Assembly: GCA_943704425.1 (NCBI GenBank)
Contig: CALSCP010002017.1
Span: 80,285-129,294 of the forward strand
Direction: 5' to 3'
Source: Ministeria vibrans ATCC 50519
Lineage: Eukaryota > Protista > Filasterea
DNA: 49,010 bases
In this document: piece after piece, positions 12,182-22,959 of the stretch
How positions within the stretch are numbered: position 1 is the stretch's first letter
How the letters are laid out: every line of letters begins with the position of its first letter
Notes under the pieces: model-generated
Database searches by the model: none
What the model saw: the letters and a program-made list of their open reading frames with translations, nothing else
What the model was told of the DNA's origin: nothing
Program-made: the position numbers and the translations under genes

Positions 12182-14184
12182 TTATCTCTCTTTCCCTCAC
12201 TTCACGTCCAGCAGAGCGCCTTTGTGAGCAACACGGCAGCCACGAGTGGCGGTGCCATTTACTCATTGCACTCCATACAGCGAATCGCGAGCGTGCTCTT
12301 TCATGCTAACTCGGCCGGTGTCTCTGGCGGTGCATTTGCCGCGGTGTACTCGGCCATTGGCGAACCGTACGGCGAACTCGCGGAAATTGCCAGCTGCAAC
12401 TTCACCGAAAACACGGCGGGCGAACGTGGCGGTGGCGTTGAAATGGACGTGCAGGTAGAGTCGAGTTCGCCCGCTCAGTTGCACTTTGCAGGCAACCATG
12501 GTGCACTCAACTCGGCCGCCATCGGCGGCTTCGCGTACATTCTGGCATCACCCACATTGCAAAACCGTGATATTATCTACACCGATATTCTCGCCATCTT
12601 TCCCGTGTTTTTGGCCTTCAACTCGGTTGGTGTCAACCAAGCGACACTCTACGGCAACGACTTTGCTACCGACGCGATGCGTCTCGTCTTTTTCTGGGAC
12701 TATCCCGACTGTCCCGTGTGCCCCGGCAACGTTAGCATGTGCTGTACTCCTGTGCAATCCATTGTGAGCGGTCGTGAAATGTCCATTGTGCCCACCATTG
12801 CTGTGCTCGACGGATTCGATCATCTTGTGCCCACTGCATTGCTTCAAGTGACCATTAGCGCCAGCACGAATAGCAGTCTCGACTCTCAAGCTTACATCCG
12901 CAATCTTCCAAGCACACCACTCTTTGTGACCAATGGAACAGCGCCTGTGCCCGGTGCGCTCACTCTCTACGGACAGCCCGGCGTCGTGACCATTGTGGTT
13001 TCGGCTCAAGACGGCTCGCTGCTGCCCACGTCCTTTTCGCTGACCATTGATGAGTGTGCGACGCTCTATGCCGAAAATGCTGTGCTCTTCTTCGACGGAA
13101 ATGCCCCTGTGGCGCTTTGTGCCAACTCAAACACCATTCCCTCGCAGGTGGTCGTTGTCTTTTTTATTCTCACCGCTCTCTTGCTTCTCGGCGTGTTCAC
13201 AGCTCTCGTCATCTTTGTGCGTCATCGTCACAAGAAGATTGTCGACATGACCGGCTTGCTCTATCTCTGCTTGCACATTGCGGCGCTTCTCATTGGTTCG
13301 GTGCTCGTGTACCAGCGTGATCCTGCCGCCAGCGTTATTCGCTGTCGTGCCTTTTTGCTCATTCTCTCTTGGTGCTATCTTCTTATCACCGTTCCCATCA
13401 TTGTGAAATTTGTCTGGCTCAAAATTCAATCACGTGAGCAGCTACGCAACGTGTCCATGACCATTCCGACGCTGACACTGCTGGTGCCCACGGCGCTTGC
13501 ACTCGCCTTTGCCTTCTTCTACCTCATGGGCTTTAGTCTTGAGGGCTCCGTGCACGTTGCACTGAGTCTGTCTGACGACCGCATTGCCCAAAAGCGCTGT
13601 GTGTTCACGGGCGCCGGTGGCATTGTTTTTGCAGGACTCCTCTTTGGCTTCTTTGTCGTACTGGTGCTGCTTGCGTGGCACACTCGCGCGACGACAACAC
13701 TCTACAACGAAGGCAACCGCATGACATGGGCTATTGGCTGCATGGCCTTTGTTCTGCTTGTCTGCATTGTCATGCTCGTTGCCATGTACCGCAACCAAGA
13801 CGGCCTCTACACTTCCGTCGCCGTTGGCTATCTCCTTTTTGCTCTCATTCTGTTCCGCTTTGAGTTTTATCCTGTCGCCAAACTCACTCGTGGCGCCTGG
13901 GAAAGTCTCGACAAAGAGGCGTTTCTCTCCTATGCCCAAGGAGACCGAAAGGCACGAACACAAGACATAGCGAGATGAAAATAATTATTATTATTGTATA
14001 TTAATAATAATTCATACCATCATTCTGATTCTTGTGTGTAGGCGATGAAGGAACTAGCGGCGGCACTGACTCGCGCCGGCGTGGGCGTGTACGTTGACGA
14101 GATCCGTGCAGAGGCAGGCGCCATTTGGAGAACGGAAGTGGCGCAGGCAATCAAAGCTTCAAAGGTATTTTTTTTAGCTTGTTT

Positions 14185-14232
<48 letters not shown>

Positions 14233-16968
14233 GGAGAGAGAGAGAGCGATTATGCATTTATTTGTTTCTTGCGTTTAGATTTTGATCTTTATGGTTTCTT
14301 CTGAGTCTGCAACGAGTGCATACTGCCTTGAAGAAGTTCAGTTTGCCTATGACCTGAAGTTGCGCATCTTTCCGGTAATTGTTGAAGGAGGGTTTCAGGA
14401 GTCAATGAATTCAGGGTTGGAGAGTAAGTGTTGGCTCTTGCGCGCGTTCGTTTATACTGCAATATTTTACTTTTCTATTTTGGTTGTAGTGCTGATGCGA
14501 CGATACCAATGGACGTATTTTGACAAGGGAGACTTTGATGCGAGCTTTACGCAGTTGATGGAAGGGGTCAGAGGAACTCTGCAGCGGATAGATGTTGATG
14601 GCGTAAGGAAGACTAAAAAAGAATGAGGAGATAACTGAAAGAGGAGCGTGTCATTGTGTGCCAATATAAGGGGGTGGTTTTTTATTTTGACTGTTTTGTT
14701 ACTTAGGGAGCGCCCGCGGCTCGATCCAACTCCACTACCATTCAATTGGTCAGCCCTGAAGATATGAATGAGGCTGATTATCGATTGGCGGACGAACTCA
14801 AACCGAAATCAGTAAGGGAGTGAGGAGTGAAGAATAAGAGAATGGGGAGAATGAGATTGTATACACTGCTTTGCATGATTGCAGCAGAATTCTTTTTTAT
14901 CGGAATAAAATAGTAATAGTTATTAATATGATTTTTTTGTAGGTGTTTTTGTCGTGGTCCCATCGTGACGGGGGGTTTGTCAAGGAGCGACTTTGGCCCG
15001 ACCTGTGTTTGCGTGGATTGGATGTGTGGATTGATTTCTTGTCGTTGCGCAGCGGTGATGACTGGCGGTGTACCATTGGCGATGCAATTCGTGGCTGTGA
15101 CGTGCTTGTGTTTGTGGCGACGCACACTGCTGTAAGTTCACAGTACTGTCAAGAGGAAGTGCTCTATGCGGAACGGTATGGCAAGCGTATTGTGACGGCG
15201 CTTGTGGATGATTGTCGTGATCGAGTGCAACACCACTCGAGCACGGTGGATGTGCGGTCGCTGCTGTTGAATTCACCTGCAGTGGATTTCCGTGAGCAAG
15301 CGACCTATCGCAGTCGTTTAGACGACCTTGCGCGTGTCTGTGCCACCTTTATCAGCGAGGCACAGTTGCGCGAGACGCTTGAAGATCAGGGTGTAGTGAT
15401 GAATTCGTTGCAACTTGTGCCACCAAAGCAGAGCAGTACGAGTAGCGGTGGTGGTAGTATTGCGTCGACGGCTTCTTTGGGACGACGTCTCTCGTTGAAT
15501 CATCATCATTTGGTCGAAACTGACTGCGATATGGTGAAGGTGACCGAGGCGAGTGGCGAGTGCTTGTTAGCGCGAGACAATTTGGCGACGGAGAACGGCG
15601 ACGTGCGGGATGTGGTGGTGCGCAAGACTTCTGGTGGACGCACGAATGCGAATGCGAATGCGAATACGAATGCAAATGCGAATGCGAATGCGAATGTGAA
15701 TGCAGGTGTCAATGAGATGTCACTGCCTTTGGGTCACTCACAAGTGAGCACCGTGTCGGCGTCAACGGTGGTGAGTGGCGGTCGTTTCCGCATTGAGCTG
15801 CTGCAGACTCTCTTTGATGGTGGTAGCAGCAGTGGTTCTCGTGCTGTGACTCCCCTCGATTCCAGCATGGCTCATTCACCGGCGCTCTCGGGAGCCACTT
15901 CCTTTGCGTCGGCTTCGTCGCCCCTCTCGCGTCGCAAGGGGGCACCTCGCTACGCGGCCCTGAAACGCGCCAGCACTGTCAACGAGACGCCCAAGCCTGC
16001 CCCACTCAACATTCTTTCAGAGGAAAGCCATGGTCAAAGTGACACATCGTCTCAGACCACTCCATTGACGATTGCATCAACATCGCGTCGTCGGTTTTCG
16101 ATGCGTCAGTCGACGCTCCAGAACGACCCACGTTTAAAGTTGGACTCTACGCGACGCGACCGAGGACGTGCTGTGTTGCCTTTCAACCGCACTGTTCAGA
16201 TGGGTGCCACTGTGCCGCGCTCCGTGTCCATGCGCGATTATGGCAGGAACGATGGCGAAATAGCAATGGAGTCCATGACGCCCATGGTGATCACGGCCGA
16301 TGTGTCGACGAGCGAGTCGGTTGGTGATCACGGCCGATGTGTCGACGAGCGAGTCGGCTGAGTTTGAGCAAGCGCAGCCAGAAGTGGTGGAGACGGCGGT
16401 GAGGCAGAACAAGAGCAAGTTGCGCAAAGGTGTTTCGTTTGCGACGACATCCTACGAGCGAGCAGCAGATGATGAAGAAGGAGGCGCAAGTGAGGCTGTG
16501 GTGGAACTTGAGTCTAAGAAGGAGGAAGATGTGTCGGAGATGGCGGTTGTGGTGGAATTGGACGGTTCACCGCTTGTGGCGCGTCGGCGGGTTCCCGCGA
16601 AACCCAAGACGACGACGACAACGACGACAGAGACAAAAAATGCCACTGAGAAGGCAGCGGAAGAGGAAGTGCCCCAAGCGGTGGTGGAACGAGAGCCGCT
16701 GCCGCGTGTACTTGTCCATGCGCATACGACTGAGTCAATTACGAGTACAGGTGGCGATGATGAGATTGTGCGCGTTGCTGTGACCTCTGCAGCGCCACCT
16801 CGAGCGCGTTCGCTGCAACGTGGAGGGCTTGTGCGGCAGCAACGACTGTCTGTGCTTGACGACGGGGCAGATCTCAAGTCGGGCGCGACAGTGGAGGAGG
16901 AGGAAGAAGAGAGTGATACGGAGAAGGCACCGGGGGACGATGAGGAGGCCATTGAGTCGTGTGTGTAG
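9945..16968 (+). CDS. Beta-helix ectodomain / class C GPCR 7TM / tandem TIR receptor. Exons 9945-10100, 10256-13951, 14042-14164, 14279-14423, 14490-14602, 14707-14811, 14943-16968; the last exon is frameshifted by a 37-nt duplication
   Basis: Signal peptide MSSCTLIAALLFVVFAVA. Many GGA(L/V/I/F) and FxxN repeats. Seven hydrophobic helices with class C signatures: RHRHKKIV in ICL1, C..K in TM3, ECL2 Cys, LAWHTR..YNEG. TIR1 reads FLSYAQGD..GVYVD..W..EVAQAIKASK..FMVS..SAYCLEEV. TIR2 reads VFLSWSHRD..VWID..GDDW..I.DAI..SQYCQEEV. All splice phases were checked and are in frame. Confidence 0.8.
16285..16357. repeat. Perfect 36-nt tandem duplication (period 37) inside a coding exon
   Basis: tggtgatcacggccgatgtgtcgacgagcgagtcgg at 16285-16320 and 16322-16357. 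Confidence 0.95.
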
Positions 16969-17099
16969 TATATTGTACAATAAATTATTATTATTATAAT
17001 TATTTTTATTATTAATTATTGTTAATTTAATACCAATAATAATTAATCTTCCTATTCAAATCAAGATCAGTTTTTTTCTTCACTTCTCCCACCTTCACA

Positions 17100-17223
17100 A
17101 TGACACGCGACAACCCCGACAAGTCCGTAACAGGCTACTGCTTTGCACGAAACCTCGTGTGGTTCACCAACTGCATTACTTTTGTACGGCACAGCGACAA
17201 TTCAATGTCCGTCTGTGTGTTGA

Positions 17224-17254
<31 letters not shown>

Positions 17255-17403
17255 CTGTAGTTCACCGGTGCCGCCTTAATAGCTGCCGGCATCTTCTCAC
17301 TTGTGGAGCTTGACAAGTATTTGCCCCTCACGACGACGAACATCGCGGTATGGGCGTGTGCTTCCCACACGAGACGGATGTGGATGAAAGCGGACGCTGA
17401 CGT

Positions 17404-17448
<45 letters not shown>

Positions 17449-18757
17449 TCTCTCTCTCTCCTGTGGCTGCTTCCTCCGCTTTCTCCCGTCTTCTTCCATC
17501 CTGCCCGTAGTACCTTGGTGCCTTTCTGATTGTCACTGGAACTATTCTTTTTCTGAGTAAGTTCTTTTTTTTCTTCTGGCTGTTTTTTTTTGAAAGTTCC
17601 GTTTTTGGTTCAGTGGGATTTCTCGGCTGCTGCGGCTCGATGAAGGAGGATGTATGCATGCTTCAGTGGGTAAGTGACTGGCTGAAATGGTGGAGTTAAC
17701 GCGAAGCGAAAAGAGAAGAGAGAAAAGGCCTAAAAAAAAAAAGACGCGCAGAGTGGACATTTCAAAAATAGAGTGATATGTTGTGAGTTGTTTGCTTTGC
17801 TTACTGGAGTGCCCCTGGCCCTTCTGCCCTGTGTAGTTCTTCAACATTATATTCATCCTGGTCATTGTGGAAATCGCGGCGGCTGCTCTGGGCTACGTGT
17901 ACAGAGACACGGTAGGAAGCACAGTGGGCATTTGCGACACACACACGCACACACACACACACACACAAATATAGTATTTTATTATTATTGTCTCTTATAT
18001 CTTGTCTTCTTGTTATTGTGCTTGTGATGGTGTGGCGGGTAGATCTCAAACACGCTGGTGTCCCAGTGGAATGCCGGAGTGACCAGCAACAGCACAACTG
18101 TCCTCAACACCATTGATCTCGTCCAAACAACGGTAACAAAATCAATTTTGTGTGTTGGTTTTTATTGATTCTTTTTATTTTTGTAGTTTTCGTGTTGTGG
18201 TTTGAACAACTATACCTATTGGAATTCAGTGACAACCTATAACTATGACCAACCTCCAAGGTATTTTAATTATAATTATATTAATAAGTATTTTCTTACA
18301 ATCATACCAATTTTGTTGTGATGATTGTATTAAAATAATTATTATTAATTATATTTTTTGTAGTTGTTGTCAGAGGTCGTTTTACCAGGCAGAAGGGTAT
18401 CCCGACTGCATTGACCCGCCGTCAAATTTGTACCAGGAGGGATGTACCACGGCCTTTGGGTCGTGGATCAGTCGGAATCTAATCATTGTCGCATCAGTCG
18501 CCACCGTATTCATTCTCATGCAGGTGCGCCATTTAGAGATATCTTGTGTGTGTGTGTGTGTGTGTGTGTGTCTATGGACTCGTTACGAATGACAGCCCTA
18601 ACTCTAATGACAAGTGGAACCCTAATCCTAATCCTAATCCTATTAGATTCTTGGAATGTGGTTTGCGTGCTGTATGATCAAAAACATTCGTGAACGCCAA
18701 TACAACGAATACACGCGCAACAAGAAGGGGATGGAAATGAAGCAACGCGGCGTCTAA
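17100..18757 (+). CDS. Tetraspanin (multi-exon)
   Basis: Four TM segments; GFLGCCGSMKE after TM2; polar E in VEIAAAALGYVY; large loop with CCG (FSCCGLNN), CC and YQEGC; TM4 ...MQ|ILGMWFACC; stop at 18757. Confidence 0.9.
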
Positions 18758-18845
18758 TTATCTTCTCTCAATTATTTTAATAAAATTGTTTATTCATTTA
18801 TCACACTCTAAAGTTTGTTTTTCTTTTGTTGCTCTGGGTGGTAAA

Positions 18846-20179
18846 TTAGGTGGTCCATCGCGTGGCTCCACGACCTCGGTCCAGTGCAATGATCTCTGGG
18901 TCGTCTTCGTCAAAGTTCTTCTCAAAGCTCGTTTCCTCTTCGGCGAACACTTCTTTGCTCGAAAACTTTTCCGATGCGGGTTCGCTTTCTCCATGAAAGG
19001 GCCTGCAACAAGAGAAAGAGAGAATATTATATCAGAATAGACACACTTAGTTTCTACTATCACTAATTTATCTCTCTCTCTCTCTATCTTTCTGTCTCTC
19101 TCAATGTCTCTCTTTCTCGATGTGTACGCGCAGGGTTTGTTAGGGTGTTTGCAGAGATCGGAGAAAATTTCGTTGAGCACTTTTCGCGCTTGGCGAATGT
19201 TGTCCTTTGCACGTTGGATTGTCTCTGCTTTGCTCTCCAGTCGATTGTCCACAGCACGCTCCTGGGCGCCGTTGTAGCAGCGAATGGCCTCGTGCAGACG
19301 GTGGAATGCCGCTGGATACGTGTCTTCGTTTGCCATTGCAGTCGGATCCCTCAGCTGCACAAACACTACAGATCATAAATATTTGGTTTGCATGGGTTAA
19401 AAAAAAGAAATCCACTCGCTCACTGTGCAAGCTCTCAAGTACACAAACTCAATAGCAAGGATGTGTGGTTATAGGCGACCACCAAAATAAATAACACCAC
19501 TCAGACCAAACACCATAATAATATTATATAATAATAATATAGACACATTTCGCGCTCTGCAGTCCCAAGAATTGTGTTTACCTTGGTTTAAAATGGCATT
19601 TCCAAGACCCACGAGACAGTGAGCGGCAGGATCCCCCTCGTTGATAGCCTCGCGAAAGAGTCGCTCAGCTTCAGCATGATCGCCTACAGGAGGGTGTGAG
19701 CCACAGCAACACAACACAGAGCAGTGATCATCTGCGGTTTCCGACCCTTTTCGCCTGCCTCGCGCGCCTTCTTCGCCACGCGCCCCTTGCCGCTTGCGAG
19801 TTCCTTGGACGCCAGCGTATCGGCGGTCAGATACAGCTCGTGCATGTCCGGCGTGTCGGGAATGGTGTACACAGTGTCTGCAGAGCAACAGGACAAAGCG
19901 GGACGATCAGCGATGCACTGCTCAGTCTCACAGCGCAAAACACACACCCATCGTACCGCTTGGCTCCCACGAGTCAAACTGAGACAGATCCGCCAGAGAC
20001 AGCCGGCCCTTGGTGAGAGCCGCCGGCGCACTGGCGTCTTCAAACTCGTCCATGCCGTCGAGCGATTGGCTGTCGCCCAAGTCTCCAAATATCTCCTCAG
20101 CATCGTCCGCATCATCTGCAATGGCATTGTGCGCCAACACCAGAAACGCAACCGAGAGCACAGTCAAGTACACCTTCAT
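18846..20179 (-). CDS. Hypothetical secreted acidic protein with TPR-like helices (multi-exon)
   Basis: Signal peptide MKVYLTVLSVAFLVLAHNAIA and an acidic N-region. GDHAEAERLFREAI..AHCLVGLGNAILNQ and EAIRCYNGA are TPR-like. Canonical splice sites give an open frame to TAA 18846. Confidence 0.6.
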
Positions 20180-20423
20180 GGTCAAAATAGAGTGAGTTGT
20201 GAGTTGTGAGTTGTGAGTTACTGAGCAGAAGACAAGACAGAAAGTCGCTCTCCTCTCACTCGTCCGTACGCTACTAGGTGCGTTTTTCCTACATCACAGT
20301 CATTACTGATCACGCCGTTCTTAATTCTTATTGCCTAACAGTTGCCTTGGATCACTTTTCATCTCATCTGATCAGTGATCAGAGACCGATCAGTCATCAG
20401 TAAGAACATAATATTTTTCAACC

Positions 20424-21890
20424 ATGAGCCGTAAAGTGGCAGCAAGTCCGTATCGAATGCACGGCTTCGACCGTGAGCGAAGGAACATCCTTGAGCGGTA
20501 CCCATCGTGCGCTCTCCCGCTGTCATTTGCTTCTTCTTATATGAGTCCTTTACAGTTTGGATTATAAACCCATTTTTACGTGTGACAAATATGACATTGC
20601 GCTCGTTATCCCTGCCGACTCGTTGGTCGCGCATTCGCCCACGTGCATCGATGGATGACATTGCCGGTGTCTGGGCGCCGCATGGCCGCCCATTCGCATT
20701 TGTCTTCGTCACTGTCACGATTTCTTTTTCTTTTTTTTTCGTGAGTTTTGTGCTTGTCGTCCTCCTCATGCATGCCGCCGCCCATCGGCACCGCAACCGC
20801 CGCGCCAGGGACCCCCACCGCCCCTCCCCTGCCCTCGCCTCCACCGCCGACCCGCTCTTCCTTCTAATTTCTGTGTATGTGTCTCTTTCTCTCACTGTGA
20901 CTCAGCTACGAACGACGCGTTCGCTCTGAAGTCGCCTACACGCCTCCCAAGTGGCTCGAGGCCGTGCGCCATGTGCGCCCACATTACATCCTTGCCCCCG
21001 GGGTGCGCCAGAACAACTATTCGTCGCTCCAAAGGCGCAAGTGGTCCATGATCACTCAATACGATCAGATGAGAAGGTTCGCAGTTCCGTTTTCTCCTCT
21101 TTTTCGTCTCATCTCGTTGCTTGTTTGTAGACAATACAGAAAGACCTATGGCGACGATGGACACGCCTTTCACTCGCTCTTCTCTGCCGACGAAGGAGAA
21201 AAGACCAAATGCGATTGGTAAAACATCAAAAAGAGGTCGTGAGAAGATAGAGTAGGACTCATTAGTATATTCTGTATGGACAGGTTTGTTGAGAAACAAA
21301 TCAAGGCAATGCGATTGGGAATGAGCGAGCGCAAAGCATTTGAAGCAGTTTCCAAAGAAATGGGCGGAAGCGAGAAACTATTGACAGCGAATCAGAAATT
21401 GGCCAATGCACAAGTATGACAAACACAAATGAGTGTGCAAAAAGTGATGAATTTGCTGCTGTGGTAGATGGAACTTGAAATGAATGCGGAGCGGAAGAGA
21501 GCGGAAGGACTGAATGTGTTGCGACAGAGGGAAGAGCAGCGAAAGAAGGGCGTAAGGGCAGGACGAGCACGGGCGCGATCGGGGACGCGTGTGGACGAGG
21601 CTGCGCGGGAGCGACAGAGGGCTGTGGAGAGGGTGGAGGAGGAGCGCGATCGCGTGCCGGAGCGGCTGCGACGCTATTTGGAGGCAGCGCCGTTGGATGT
21701 GCAGGATGTGAAGAAGAAGGAGGAGACGGAGAAGACGAAGGCGGAAGAGGAGGAAGGGGGAAAGGAGCCAAAGGAGGCGCAAGGGGATGGCGGAGCGGCG
21801 GAGACGGCGGGTGCAACCGAGTCCACGGGCCCTCAGCCGAAATCGCTGTGGGAGAGACTCATCAAGTCCCTGAAAGGACCAAAAGAATGA
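20424..21890 (+). CDS. MRPS23: Mitochondrial ribosomal protein mS23 (multi-exon)
   Basis: Spliced model MSRKVAAS..|..PPKWLEAVRHVRP..DQMR|RQYRKTYGDDGHAFHSLF..KTKCDW|FVEKQIKAMRLGMSERKAFE. This parallels recalled mS23 motifs (KPxW..PP; D.IR..FY..YG...AF.LF; C.RFVEK). Charged C-terminal extension. Confidence 0.65.
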
Positions 21891-21909
21891 ATCTTGAGTG
21901 TTTCTTGTT

Positions 21910-22152
21910 TCATTGCGATGCGAAATATTCTTTGACGCGATCAAGTGCTCTTCCGCGATGAGAAATGCCATTTTTGACGTCTGAGCTGAGTTGTGCGTAG
22001 GTTTCGTCAAACCCAGTCGGTTCGAAAATTGGGTCCCTAACAAAACAAGTAGCATGTTTTACGTTTGTTTCGTCAGTTGGGGGAAAACTAATATTTATTA
22101 CCATCCAAAATTGCAGGGCCCTCTTGCTGGGACAATTCTCCCCTGCGAGAGA

Positions 22153-22243
<91 letters not shown>

Positions 22244-22894
22244 CATAGAGAGTGAGTGGCCATGTGTCAAACACGTGTGCATGTATGTGGTGTGTGTGTC
22301 GATGTAAATGTGTGTGCGTGTGAGTCGGACCTCTGTTCGACCATGAAAGAGTTGGGGTTCTGCGTCGGGACCCGTAGAGTAGGCAAACGTACAGAGAGCG
22401 TAGGCAGACTTGTCGGGGTAGGCAGCCAGAAGGTTGTTCAGCCCTGGATCAGTGAGAGTCATTAGAGCGCCCTTCACAAATGGCCAAATGTTTACCTTCG
22501 TGTCCGAGTTTGTCGAGAAACCATTTGATGTAGGGGCCCGGAAGGCCTTGAAGCGCGTTGAAGCAGAGACACGTGTCCTCCGTGAGGACCGGCCCGCCGA
22601 CCTCCCTGGCTGCCAAGCGGCATTTCTCGCGTGCAATGTCGTCCGGTTCGCCTTGAAACTCAGGCACTGTAAACGACACAATCAGCCGCGCCATTTCACA
22701 GCCACTTCCCCTCACTTACAGTCAATCTTCTTGCTCTCCAAGTTGACAATGTTCCCGAAGATCGCACGGACCTGAACAGCAAAGCGATTGGAGATCGGTA
22801 ATAAGTAATTCAGTAACTTCTTTTTCTTTCGTTTTGGTACCTCTTCGAGCTTTTTCGCGTTGCCAGTGACAAAAACAACTGTGCGACGAGACAT
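21910..22894 (-). CDS. ITPA: Inosine triphosphate pyrophosphatase (Ham1 family)
   Basis: [77 protein letters not shown]. Confidence 0.95.
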
Positions 22895-22959
22895 GATACA
22901 GTAGTAAAGAAAAAGAGAACAATTGTGATTTTGTTCTAAATTCTAAATAAATAATTATT

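Noticed and set aside
10286-12600. Bacterial (chlamydial Pmp/autotransporter) contamination or recent HGT
   Set aside because: The repeats are continuous with a spliced eukaryotic signal-peptide exon and a 7TM domain, and there is no autotransporter barrel.
14045-16361. Stand-alone TIR gene starting at ATG 14045
   Set aside because: The first TIR strand (FLSY..D) is encoded upstream at the end of the 7TM exon, so a 14045 start would give an incomplete TIR fold.
18590-18647. Telomere-like CCCTAA/CCTAAT repeats
   Set aside because: Only a few degenerate copies directly before an acceptor; better explained as branch-point repeats.
20424-20660. Possible SNRNP48 CHHC zinc finger in TCDKYDIALVIPADSLVAH
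   Set aside because: The metal ligands are incomplete, and the downstream exons match mS23 motifs.
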